NCBI RefSeq assembly: GCF_046119375.1
Contig: NW_027362767.1
Span: 146,692,001-146,756,000 of the forward strand
DNA length: 64,000 nucleotides
DNA from: Phyllobates terribilis
Taxonomy: Eukaryota
Reading direction: 5' to 3'
The translations under genes and the position numbers were made by a program. This document shows positions 11,536 to 25,100 of this stretch, in pieces (within the stretch, counting starts at the first letter, position 1; each line of letters begins with the position of its first letter). The notes beneath the pieces are model-generated. The model worked only from the letters and a program-made list of their open reading frames with translations. It did no database searches and was not told the origin of the DNA.

Positions 11536-12170
11536 GGCTATGTGCCCACGATGCAGAAATGCTCAGGATTTTTCCTGAGCATTTTTGCATCTCCCTGGCA
11601 GAAAAAACGCATGCGGATTGTCCGTGCGGATTGTCCGTGCGGATTGTACATGCTTTGTTCCTGCCAGGGACATGCGGATGTGAAGCGTTTTTCACATGCA
11701 TTTCCGTATGCGGGTTGACAAGCGCTTTCCAAGCGATTTTAGCATCACTTGGAAAGTGCTTGACAACTTGGTCACACTATATAAATCCATCAAACGGCAT
11801 GGATTTATATACTGTGACCGAAAGAATGGTACCCAGGTCTAGAGAACAGGAGACTCTCCTCCGGACCTGGGTACCATCCGCACATTGAAACGCATGGATT
11901 CTGCATGTACAGATGCAGTGATGCAGATGTCACGCGGTCCAATGAAAGTCAATGGCGGCAAAAACGCAGCGCTTCCGCAAAATAATTGGTAATGCTGCAG
12001 ATTTTTCCACAATGATAATCCGCTGCGGAAATTTCCGCAGCATGTGCACAGCACATGCGGATTATTATTGGGGAACATGGCAGGCCTTCTACCATGCGTT
12101 TTTTTAAGCGTTTCTGCAGCGGAATTGCTGCTGCGGAAACGCTTAAAAAGTGCATAGTGGGCACACAGCC
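11536..12170. mobile_element. MITE, GGCTATGTGCCCACG family
   Basis: TIR GGCTATGTGCCCACGATGC / GCATAGTGGGCACACAGCC with TAA on both flanks. Confidence 0.88.
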
Positions 12171-13150
12171 TAACATGATCCAGTCAGTTCGGCCCGCGGT
12201 GGAGCGCGGCAGGGTCTCACAGGCCGGATCTTCCTATATAGCGACCGGGGATGCGGAACTTCTTGTTTTTTTGGGAGAGGATTTAAAATATTTTATAAAA
12301 CATTTTTAAAATATATTTTATTTAAATTTTTTATTTCATTTTTTATTTTTTTATATTTTAGTTTTGATTTTTTTTTTATATTATTTATATATTATTATTA
12401 TTATTATTTTATTTACATTTTTAATGAGTGTATTTTATTGCTTTATTTGTATTTTCTTTCTTTGTGATTGGCTGGCTCCTCTTGTGGCTCTGCCGGTCAC
12501 ATACAGTATATTTTGGCTGGGCAGTAGGTGGCCCTCTCCATCAGGCCCCCGGTGCTCCCCCGTCTCCATCAGGCCCCCGGTGCTCCCCGCCTTTTTCTTG
12601 CGCTCCTGCCTATCTCTCTTTGGATACTTATCCCATCCTTATCATTTTTTATTGCGGTGATTGACAGTATTTGTCTTCTGATTTTTCTTATTTCTTTCTC
12701 ATTACTTTTATATTTTGATGATTTTTTTTTTTTTGACACAATACAGAACGTGTTTGTTTTTTTAACTTCACTTTTGAACACATTTATTTAAACATGTTTT
12801 TTATTCTAATATTTTAAAATACATTTTTAAAAATGTTTTACTTTATTTTCAAGTGGGAACTTGAACCTGCTCAGTCTCCTATAGCGCAGCATTGCAGTAC
12901 ACAGTGACATGGTGTTCCTAGTATTGGAGCCTGCCCATGGGTGAGCTTCACAGGGGCACCAAGATGGCAGTCACATGGGCCTTCTGCAGGTCTATCAGTC
13001 CTGAGCCGGCCTCATATGGTACTTAGAAGACTATGGGGAAGATGTACGTCATGGGTTGTTAAGGGGTTAAGCTTATATGAGACTTGTTGTAATTGCGGCA
13101 TACACGTTCTGTCCAGTTCATCACGTCTCTCTTTAAATTGCAGAACCAAC

Positions 13151-14692
13151 ATGGCTGACAAGGACAAAGAGGGAGCCGTCGATAAGTGCCGTGTAAGTAC
13201 CGCAGCTACCCGGTGCTGCCCTCTCCTGGTGGCCTACATGTGGCCCCTGATATCTGCTGGGGTCCGGCCCTTATATACATCACTTCTACCTATCTCTGTA
13301 TTTTCCAGCTCTGCGACGCGCAGTTCACGAACAACAAGGAGAAAGACTCCCATTACAACGGGCAGTTCCACAAGTTCATGATGGTGAGCGACAGCCCAAA
13401 ATTTTCCCATCAGAAGACCCAATGTAAAAGCTTCTTCTCCCCTTTATTCCAAGTACCGGAAGTTTTTTTTTTTTTATTTTTCCATACGGGGGCTTGTTTT
13501 TTTTCTTGCGGGACGAGCTGTAATTTTGAATGTCGCCGTTCACTTTAACGTATCGCCTACTGAAAGATGAGGGGGAAAAAATCCTAGTAAAGTGAGCGAC
13601 TGCTCGTCCAGGAAACAAACAAGTCCTCACAGGGGAAAATTTACCAAAAAAAAAGTTACGGTTCCTGGAAGAAGAGGAGGAAATTCTTCTGGTCACGAAA
13701 GTGTTAAGTTTTCAGCACTTTTTTACTGATCCGATAATTCGGAAGGTTCGATAATCTGCCAGGTTGTTGGGTCTGTGCTGTATGAGGACAGTATGATTCC
13801 ACTTCATTACAGGGGGTGAGGCGAACACAGCTGTCTTATATGGGAAAGTCCAAGACGCTGAATGATCAGATCACAGAAACCGGCAAAAAGGAGTCTTTAA
13901 TCGGTAAGAAAGTCTGGAGCCCTCATTGCACACCATGGGGCTTGTGTACACTGCTATGGGGGCTTCCTGGGCATAACTGGGAGGGGGCGGTGTGACACCT
14001 GATGGCTTCTCTTGTGTGCAACCACCACTACATCCAACTTTGGGTCTTGGCAGCCGGAACCCAGCGATAAGTCATTTATCATCAACGATGATGTCATGTC
14101 GACAGCTCACAACACCGCTGCAGCCAATCACTGAGCTTAGTAGCTCCTTCAGTTATGAGGGTATTTACAGAGCAGTGTGTAAGGTATAACTTGTGGGGAG
14201 ATGATGGCTACATGTAATATTGTGGTGGATTTATTTTGTCAGGCCTCGAGTACATCTATGAGTATGCGGAGGATAGCCAAGGGGTCCGCATGTACGAATG
14301 CAAACTGTGCCAATCCGCCTTCAGAGTCGCCTCCATCTTCTTCCACATTGTGGGGATCCGGCACCGGGTTTATTACCTGGTAAGTACGAGCGGCACGGAC
14401 TCCTCACGAAGGAGTGTACCAGCGGTGTTCCCATCTGATGCCACCGATCCTGGGCATTTGTGCAGTAATCCCTGGTGCCCCTGCCCCTGACCTCTGCACT
14501 GAGTCGTGTCCAACTCCTTATGACTCCAGTTTCTGTTTGTGGAGTTATTTTGTTTTTTTTTGCTTTCAGGCGAAGCATCATCCCATTATGGGGATCGAGG
14601 ACAGTTACGAAGTCCAACAACAAGTTCATTACCGAAAATTAACCAATCACGCCCTCGCCATCGAGCAGACGCACGGAAGGAAGAAAATCAAT
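13151..14692 (+). CDS. N-terminal zinc-finger region (exons 1-5)
   Basis: Finger 1 is [23 protein letters not shown] (C-x2-C-x12-H-x5-H). Then [46 protein letters not shown] (C-x2-C-x11-H-x5-H) and [10 protein letters not shown]. From memory the GLEY..YxCxLC..H..H..YL..HP..AxxIE pattern resembles Drosophila CG7065 / zebrafish si:ch211-13c6.2-type proteins; not verified. Confidence 0.85.
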
Positions 14693-16165
14693 GTAAGCCA
14701 CACGTCTTAAAGGGGATGTCCATGGGTTGTGCTCCTGTAACTAGAATTCTGCAATACCAGATATCACTTCAGGAAATTGGTGACATTTTTGTCAACTTTA
14801 GTAATGTGTTTGCTGGTACAGGACAGTACTTCTGCAATAGTATTAGGCGTTTATAAAAGTACTGAGAAGCAGGCCTGGGGGGTTTCCTTAAGCCCCCAAT
14901 TACTCTGGCAACCCATTAGGCTTATGGGGTGACAGAGGGAGCCATGTTTCTCTGAGTAACTGCTTAGATGCCATGGCAGCTATTCACTGCAGCATTTAAG
15001 GGGTTAAGTCGTGACAATCTGAGTCCTCTCCAATCCCGGCAGCTGCATGATGGTGTCTGCTGTAAATGGAGGGGGCTTAACCATTATCCCTGCTATCAGG
15101 AAGGGGTTAACAAACATGCATAGATTGCAGTGTGGTTTGGGCAGGATGGAGGATGTCTCATACCTTGTATGTGTTTATTTTTACATTTAGGTCGTGGAGG
15201 AAGTTTACGCATCGAAGCCGAACGTCTCTGAAGTCAGTGATATGGAAATGTATCTTGTGGGTACGTTAACCACCCGGGGGAGGAAAGAATGGTCTTAGGA
15301 GAAGCACTCCCTCATGGTGAAACCTCCTGATATGTTATGTACAGTGGCTTGCGAAAGTATTCACCTCCCTTGGCTTTTTACCTGTTACATTACATACTAT
15401 GTTTTAAATATTTTTGTAACCCGTTTTGTGTGATGCATCAGCATTAGTCTAAGTTGGTGAAGTGAGAAAAATATAGGCATAAATTACATTTATGGGATCA
15501 AATAACTAAAAATTGCAGAGCTGTGGAGTCAGTAAGCCAAACCTCCGACTCCTCAATTTCCATGACACTGACTCCCTCATACCCTGGTCATGTGTAAGTG
15601 ATAAATTTACAGCAGCACAGATTCATCTCAGCTAAAAGTTCAGACCCTTAGATCAGGAATAGGACAGACATTTATAGGACATTTCAGAACTTTCCCAAAT
15701 TCTTATGAAAAAATATTCCCCACAAACTGCATTGAACTACTGAACCCAATTTATTATATATTTTACGAGTCGGTTGACTCCACAGCCCTGAAAAATTGCC
15801 ATGTGCATATGTATTCACCCCTTTGCTATGGAGCCCTTAAAGCTTTCCGGTGCAATCAATTCCCTTCATAAGTCCCATGCTTAGTGACAGAACATCACCT
15901 GTGTGCAATCTAAGTGTCACATGTCTGTCAGTATATACACTTTACCTTTTCTGAAAGGCCACAGAGGCTGCAACACCATTAACAAGAGGCACCACTAACC
16001 AAACACCATGAAGACCAAGGAGATCTCCAAACAACACCATGAAGACCAAGGAGATCTCCAAACACCATGAAGACCAAGGAGATCTCCAAACAACACCATG
16101 AAGACCAAGGAGATCTCCAACCAAATCAGGGACAAAGTTGTTGAGAAGTACAAGTCAGGGTTGGG

Positions 16166-16197
<32 letters not shown>

Positions 16198-19100
16198 TGT
16201 CCCAATCTCTGATGATTCCCCCCCCCCCCCCCCCCCTCCCCCAGAAAGCACCAACCAATCCATTATCATCAAATGGAAAGAACATGGTACCACAACAAAC
16301 CAGCCAAGAGAGGGCACCACCAAAACTCAACCCCGGCAAGTAGGGCACGAATCAGAGAGGTAGCACAGAGACCAAAGGTAACCCCGAAAGAGCTGCAGAG
16401 TTCCCAAGCAGGGACTGGAGTATCTGTCCATACAACCACAATAAGCGGTACACGGTAGAGGTGACCTTTTTGGAAGAGTGAGCTGAAAAAAGCCTTTACT
16501 TGCACACAAATTGTAAGGCTCGTTTTGAGTTTACCAAAAGACATTTGGGACACTCCCAAAATGTATGGATCAAGGTGCTGTGGTCAGATGAGGCCAAAAT
16601 TTAACTTTTCAGCCACCAAGGTAAACGTTATTCATCACCCCAAGAACACCATTTTTAGGTAGCATTGACAGGGAAATTAGTTGAGTTGAGGGGAAGATGG
16701 ATGGTGCGAAACACAGGGACTTTCTTGAGTAAAACCTGTTTCAGTCTGTCAGTGATTTGAGACTGGGAAGTAGGTTCATCCTCCAAGACAATGACCCAAA
16801 ACATACTGCAAAAGTAGCACTCGAGTGGTTTAAGGGGAAACATATAAATGTTTTGCAGTGGTCGAGTCACAGCCCAGACCTTAATCCAATGGAGAATCTG
16901 TGGTCAGACTTGAAGATTGCTGTTCACCAGAGGAAACGTCTAACTTGAAGGAGCTGGAGAAGTTTTTTTTCTTGTGGAATGGGCAAAAATCCCAGTGGCA
17001 AGAAGTGGAAAGCTCATAGAGACTTATCCAAAGCGACTTGCAGACACAAAAGGAGGATCTACAAAGTACTGACTTTAGGGGGGTGAATAGTTATGCACAC
17101 TGAAGTTTTCTTTTGTCCTAATTGTTGTTTGCTTCACGATAAAAAGAAAACTAAAAATAAATAAATAAAATGTTCACAGTTGTCGGCATGTTCTTTACAT
17201 GAACTGATGCAAACCCTTAAAAAAATGCTAATGCAAGCCACTGTATATGATGCTTTAACCCCTTTACACCTCATGACATAGACCTCTATCATGGAGCGGT
17301 CCTCCTCCTTGCTCCTGGATTCTTGGGTGCTGATGGGTTGCCATGACATTCGGGGGCTGCTGAAGCCCACCCCATCACCCTTCTCTGCGATCTACATACT
17401 CCGGTGAAGCATAATTTGTACTATATACTGTAATACCAGTGTTGTAGAATACAGTTAAAAGGATCAATTGACCTCAGGTTCTCATCCTTACTGCAGACGA
17501 ATGAAACGCTGTTGATTACATAGGATGTTGCTGGGACAGTGCCACACCTGTCAGTGTGAGGTATTGCAGCTCAGCTCTAGTGAATTGAATGGAGCACAAT
17601 TGCAATAACCGCAAAACTGGTGTGGTGCAGTTTATGGAAGCAGTTATGTTTTTTTTTTTTTTTTTTTTTGTTTTTTTTTTAATGCTGTACAATCCTTAAA
17701 TCTCACAGACAATATTCCCTCTAAAAAAGAACCGGAAAAGAAAAAAGATGAAAAAAAAGAAGAAAAGGATGACAGCAAGGAGAATAGTAGATCAAGAAGA
17801 GCCCGGGACCGAGCAGAGAAGTATAGAGAGCTGCTAAAAACTCGAGAGCGAGATGCTGATCGTGACGATCGATCCAGGCGTCGTGACCGCGATTCCTCAT
17901 CTCGGCGTGACAGTAAAGACCTGCCGAAATCTCTGCTTCATGAGGACGATTTTGACGCCAGGAACATAAGTCAGGGCAGTAGCTCTGCATCTCGACTCAA
18001 CTTACTGAAAGATTCCTCCGCTGCTGACTCCAGATCAGATCGTAGGAAGCGGACCCGTTCTCCAGATCGCCGCAGTAAGGCGCATAGTAGTCAAAGATCC
18101 AGATACTTAGAGAGCTCTGGCGATATTGACGTGCGGTCCGTGTTGCCCTCGGGGGGCATCTCCTTTCGAGGTAAGCTCATCTGCTTTCTGAAATGTTTCT
18201 GTAAGTGGCCACTGGTCTCTGACGTTCTGTACATACTTGGTCACTATCTACTTTACTGATTACATGTATCCTTATAGAACTGAAGGCAGCCAACATAGGA
18301 CATCTATGCGGATTCAGGTTAGTGATGAGGATATGACATCAATGCAGGATGCTTCTGTTAACAATGTGCTAGGTTTACACATGGCTACAACTATTGGGCT
18401 TAGTGCAGTATTTGGTCTACATTTGTGGAGCCTGCATGTAATGCAGTGCAGTTCAGGCTGCTCGATCCTGTCTTGTCCTCTTTTCTTAGCTTAGTACATC
18501 ATCTGAATATACCATAAATGTCTGATGGGCTCAGGTGCCAGTAGCATTTTGCTTCCTGGTGCTGAAAATGGCAAGATTGCATTGAAAACGCAGCTCGGGG
18601 AGATAAGGATGCGCAGCAGGGGTCAAAAGAAAAGTGCCCATCCCACCTCTGGATCCCGCACTAATTTTAATAGTGGGCCCCATTTTGCTGCTGTGAATAG
18701 TTAGGTATCTCCTGTTCAGCTCCCTCCAATCACCTTTCTGAAAGTAGAAGAGCCATTTTCGATTTACCAAAAAAGCAAACTGATGGCCCAGCGCATGCGC
18801 TTCTCTAAGTGCTCACTTACAAGCCGTGAGGTGGGGACCACGAGACATCCCTTCATGGTAAAACTGCCCATCTCGCCTGTCTTGAGCATGGGGCCCCCAG
18901 TGCATGCGCAGCTCTCTCCATTCACTTCAACAGCGCATGTGCAGCAGCGTCTGTCCGGTCGGTCCACTTCCTTTGTAGGCATGGGGCCCCCCCATCTGGG
19001 ACCCATAACCCTCTGGAGAATGGGGCCCTGGGTTGAATGTAGAAATGGTTGTGCATGTGTTGCTCTTTCCATTCACCTCTGGAAATTCGGAAAATAAAAA

Positions 19101-22100
19101 GAGGAGTGAATGTACCCATGTGCAATGGATTAACCCTTTAATGTCATAACAACTCTCCCTAAGGCCACAGCCCCCACTATCAGTATTCGGTCAGTATTTT
19201 TTCTCAGGGATGGGAGCCAAAACCAGGAGTGGTTGATAAATGCAGAATTGGTGACTTGTTTCTATTATACCTTTTCTCTGATTGTTCCTCACCTGGTTTT
19301 GGCTCCCACTCCTGAGAAAAAATACTGACCAAATAGTGATAGTGGGGCCGTGGCCTAATATACAGCTCTGTTTAGAGGCAGCTGACATAATGCTTCCCCA
19401 TATAATGTATAAAATACTCATGGAGTTATTTCTTTTACAGCAGCGCCCATCTGCCCCTGAGTAAAAAGAAGAAGAAGACAGTAAGCGTCCAGGAGAAATC
19501 CTAAATAAACCACCAAAGCGGCGACACGTTCACCTTATTATTTGTTTTTCAGGACAAGGACAAGGACTCCGACAGCGATATGGAAGTGTGCAGCATGGTA
19601 TGTGACTGACGGCTGTACGGTATATGAAAGCCGACCTGTGTGTGTGTATAATATATATATATAAGCTGGTTTATATGTCGCCACAGTGTGACGTTTCTAA
19701 TATTTTCCTACAGGACTTCAGCGAATGTGAACCGGACGATTTCTGGTGTAACGAGGAGCTGTTTGATTTCCTGGTAAGGCCTCACCTTATATGAAGAGAT
19801 GCTGAGCTCTTTTATGCTAAAAATAAAGTTCAAAGTGAAAAAAAAAAAAAAAAAGTTTTTAAATGTTTAAAATAAAAAGCTCTTGTTATTGCCACCCTTC
19901 CATTATTTAAAAAATAAAGAAAAACAAACTTAATTTTTCATTTTACATCATTATATGGTAAAATGATTGTTGTCATTCGAGACTATAACTCGTCCTGCAA
20001 AAAGAAAAAAAAAAATCTCTGGAATGCGATGTCTGCTGAAAAATAACAAAGTTATGGGTCTTGGAATAGGTGGAGGAAGCACAAAAGCAAAAACTGTCCA
20101 CGGTTCTAGTACAGAAGTGCGGAGATTTATCTTCTGATTTTTCTTTCTCTTAGAAATGCTACCACGTCGGAGATGAAGAAGACGTCCAGTTCATCCTGGA
20201 GGCCATAAAGACCTTGTCTCATGCTTTGGTCCGTCACAAGACGCGGATGGAGGATCTGAAGAAGTGGATAGAGCAGGAGAAGCAGAAGCTGGAAGATGAG
20301 AAGAAGGTATTCTGTCCTGTGTGACCATCTCTGCACTTCCTGAATAGGGGGCCGGTCCTGTATAGCTGGTGCACCTCCCTCATCGCTCCTCACCGGCTTC
20401 ACGAGTAGCTGCAAGATCAATGTATGGTGGGTTGGGGCCCCCATCGATCAGCATTACAAAGGGCACCATATGGATGTGACCGTGCCTGGTGCCACCGCTC
20501 AACGCTGATGTAATACCAAGCATTGCCATAGCTAGATGTTGGGGCTGTGGCTAAAGCTTTGGGTCCCCAGTGCTAGCCTATAAGCCCAGGACAGCCCCGT
20601 TTCCTGCACTGAGGCACTTAAAGAAGTATTCCAGTGTACAAAACTTGTTCACTGGACAGGTAATAACTGTTCAGTCGGTGACAGATCCCCACAGATCGTC
20701 AGTACCATGGAGCCAGATGTCTCTTGGTTCTCCTCTGTCCCTGGAGGAGCTGAATGGAGCTGCTGGTCACACACGTGGTCCTGTATAACCACCTGTCTTC
20801 TATATTCTAGAAATTTCAAGAAATGAAGAAGCGGAAAGAAGATAAGATATCCAGCACAAAGATCAGCGGTAAGTACAGAGACTGGGCCCAGCGGGAGAGA
20901 CGCATGTTATAAGGGTGACTACGTTGCCAGAAAACTTGAGACCTTGCACAATCAAAAATAGGAGCGTTAAAGCGAACCTGTCATCAGGATTGTGCTAAGT
21001 AAACTACAGGCAGTGTTAGGTTGCCGCCGTTACACTGATTAAAATGATACCTGAGTTGATGAAATCCGTCCTGTGGTCGTTGTTTAATCTTTGATTGCGG
21101 TTTGGAAATAATTAGATTCTAGTGCTCCGGGGCGGCCTGTGGCGGGGCTTTATGTGGTGCTCTGGCATTATCTTCATCATTGTGATTTAAATGACAGGTC
21201 ACTGATCCTTCACTGACCTGCCTACTATGTTAAATACTGCTCTGTTCATATTGTAGTTTTTTATTTTATTTTATTTTTTTATTTAACTCCCACAAAATGG
21301 CGCATGTGCAGTAGCATGTATCACTTGCCGAAAGAGGCTACTGCGCATGCGCTGCCGCCATTTTGCTGGAGCCAAATTTATTTTTTTTTGCTCCAACATG
21401 CTGTTATTCTCCGCGAGCCCCGCCCGTTTGCCGATAGATGTAACTGCGCATGCGCCATTTTGCTGGAATTAAATTTTATTACTCTGTCGCCTCATTGGGG
21501 GACACAGGACGTTGGGTGTATGCTGCTGTCCACTAGGAGGCGACACTATGCATAATCTGAAAAAGATTAACTGTGGCTCCTCCCCTGCAGCATACACCCC
21601 TAGACGGCGTCAGCCATCTTCAGTTTTTGCTTAGTGTCGCAAGGAGGCACACCTCAGACCTTCACTCGTCCCTCGCTTCAGCACGGGATTACAGATGAAG
21701 AAAAGAGGGTCTCTTAAGAGACCCCCGGCATGGCTCCTTCCTCTGCCCCCTACTATGGGGTGCACAGTTGAAGTTGAGGTGGCGTAACCACCATGCTGCT
21801 CCTTCTCCGGCCCCTCGGGTCAAGCTCGAAGCTGAGAACCCCCCCCTCCTTCCCCAATTCCCTCGGTCTTGGTCCGAAGTTGAGGCGAGGACAAAGCCCC
21901 CTGACGGTGACAGCGGCACCCTCCCTAATCCCCCCTGGGGGTATTAGGTTGAGACACCATCAGGTAGGGCCTGGACGGCAGCATCTGCAGCTCTCACCAG
22001 CCAGCACACCGCAGCCGAGGACCAGCAGCAATACAGGAGCCCCAGTCTGTCTGTGGGATCCTGTAGGAGCTGGGGTGAGTGCAGGCAGCCATGGCACACA

Positions 22101-25100
22101 CAGGCACAGGCCTTCACAGGCTCTGCACCTGTGGCAGCTTTCTCCCTAAAAGCTCCTAAGGGGGACTCTCTTCAGAGCCCCCCTTCCATTTATGCCCCCA
22201 CTGCCTTTCAATCCGGGGGGTTCTGGTTCTGATCCGCCCCCCCAGACTACCGCGCCGGCCTGGAGCCCTTTTGGGCATAGAAAATAAATTTAGACCGCGG
22301 TTTTGGCCTAGCCGAAGCTACCGCCCATTCTCCGCCCCCCCCCCGGATGACGATTTTGACACTCTGCGGTGTCACACAGGGGGCGGATCTAGGCTGCAGG
22401 GCGCGCATCCCCATAGAAACTGCTGGCCTTGCAGGGCTCCGCACCCCTTCTCCTTCACCTCAGGATACAGGAGAAGCGTTACGGCGGCCATTACTGCTGC
22501 AGGACATTCACAGGCCTGCTGCAGGACATTCACAGGCCAGCCAGGTCTCCGGGGAGGCACAGGACCAGGCTCTTTCAGCGCTGCTCACAGGGGCACATTG
22601 GTGGGGTAAGTTCTCCGCTTGAGTTACCCCTCAGCTGTGAATTTTTTAATACTCTGTATCCTCCTCTGCACAGTTAGCCCCCCTGCATAGCCACTCCAGG
22701 TGCACTATGCCGGGCTCAAAGTCTAAGAAAACCAGGCAGGACTGCTTTTCCAGAGTGGTGAGAAGCCTGCAGTAATGCTCTTCCCAGCGGCATATCCGCA
22801 TTGCAAGGATTGTACGCAGACTACTGTGCCAGAGTCCCAAGCAGCCCCTACTACCCTTCAGTGGAATGGGCCACTCAAATGTCACAATCTATGACACAGT
22901 TCATAGATAACATGACCGACAATTGATTCAGGCTCTGCAAAGCCATACCTCTGCTAGACTACCCAGCAATGGGAAAGTCTGACTCAGCCACATACTGACC
23001 CAGGCACATCCAGGTCAGGGTCAGGACGCAAGCGCACCCTTAGGTCACGCTCATCTGCGTCATCACACAGCACACTGTTATCCCTGTCTAGGGACAGATA
23101 CCGTAGTCCCAGGTCTTCTAGACAGTCCCCTACCAGGGACAGGGATTATATTTCTCCGCACCATTCCCCATCCAGAGAAATACTCCATTCTGATTCACCT
23201 AGCAGACACCTTAGTGACACACAGGAGTCAGAAGATTCCGACTCAGACAAAGAAACTGATGGATCCCTAACTCTAAGCCCACCTAGCAATACAGCGCTAG
23301 TTGAGGACATAATCTCGTCCATACATCGGGTGCTGGATATCTCTGATCTGACCCCGGACTTACCACAAGATAACATTTCATTTGAAGGAGCCCTGAAGCC
23401 GCCTACGTTTTTCTTGAATCATTCAGAATTTAAAATCTATCCTCAAAGAATGGACAGACCCACCAGCTGTGGACCCCCCCAGTCTCCCGGCTGGCAGCAC
23501 AGACACTTCTTTCACTGCCAGATAGCTCAACCCTCAGGGATGCAGCAGACCGGCAGGTAGAAAGTATGGCTCGTTCAATTTGCGAAATCACAGGAGCCTC
23601 CCTAGCTCCCGCGTTCGCTTCAGTCTCGGCAGCCAAGGCCATACTGGCTTGGGAAAAAAAAAAATGTACAAACTGGCCTTCAAGTTTCTGCCCCTGAACT
23701 GTCGGAACAAGCAGTTCAAATACCAGTTGTGGCAGATTACATGCTTCATGCAGCTCTGGATTCTGCAAGAGGTGCAGCGGGGGCAATATCACACTCCATC
23801 ACTATTCGGCGTATCCTTTAGCTGCGTGAATGGAAAGTGGACGCAGCCTCTAAGAAGTCACTCACGCAGCTTGCGTACCTCAGTGGTCGGCTTTTCGGTG
23901 AAAGGTTGGACACAATGATATCCAACACCACTGGGGGTAAGAGTACCTCTCTTCCCCAACTGAAACCCAAACGCAATTATAACAAGCGTAACCAAGTTAG
24001 ATTCCGATCCTTTCGGAACTCTTCCGGCTGGTCCGTCTCTTGTCCAGCACAAAATAACAGCCGCTTCACACGCAGGGAAGACTCGAGATCGACACAAAAG
24101 TCGGACAAGACCTGGCAGTCAAATGCAGGCCAATCAAAATCAAAAAGAGGGAAATCCAAAAAATTTCTTCTCATCATGACTCACGGACTCAAAAAGACAC
24201 TCCACCTGTAGGCGGCCGACTTTTACTCTTTCATCAAGTCTGGCTACCTATTACAGAAGACAGGTGGGTCAGGGAACTAGTATCTTCAGGATACAAAATA
24301 AAATTTACTTCCAACCCACCAAACAGATTCCTTATATCTGTTCCCCCAAAACCGCCAGAAAAAGCTTTTCACCAAGTGGTCTCCTCGCTCCTTCAAGCAC
24401 GTGTCATAATACGTGTCCCAACAACCGAGTGCTTCCAGGGGTTCTACTCCAATCTATTCGTAGTCCCCAAGAAAGGAGGTGGGGCACGGCCCATACTAGA
24501 TCTAAAACAGCTCAACAAATATGTAAGAGTATGTCACTTCCGTATGGAGTCTCTTCATTCCATCATCGCATCCATGGTAAAAGGAGAATATAGACATACA
24601 AGATGCATACCTGCATATACCGATTGCACCTGCCCATCAGAGATTTCTCAGGTTCGCAATCGACCAGGACCATTACCAGTTCATGGCTGTCCCGTTCGGA
24701 CTCGCCACGACCCCCAGAGTGTTTACCAAAGTCATGGCAGCCACCATGCACGTCCCACACTCCAGAGGCATAGTGGTCATTCCATACCTAGACGATCTCC
24801 TCATCAAGGCTCCCACCTTCAAGGACTGCGATGCGAGCTCAGTGTCTCAATCACGATCGACACTCTGAGTCGCCTGGGCTGGTTAGTCAACCTACAAAAG
24901 TCGTCACCGGCCCCAAACCAGTCTTTGACATTCCTGGGAATGCTATTCAATACCTCCAAGGGTCTAATACTCCTTCCCAAGGACAAGGCACTGCCTCTCC
25001 GTTTAGGAGTGCGCACCCTTCTCAGCAAACCCCCTCGATCTCTCCGGTTTACCATGAGAGTCCTTGGCAGGATGGTGGCGGCAATAGAAGCGGTTCCATT

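Noticed and set aside
12533-12592. 29-bp direct duplication (also a 34-bp one at ~30965-31035)
   Set aside because: Simple two-copy slippage with no further structure.
14054-14185. Exon-like segment (CAG acceptor, AAG|GTATAA) between exons 3 and 4
   Set aside because: Not needed for frame continuity, and the most plausible reading hits a TGA; it cannot be supported without transcripts.
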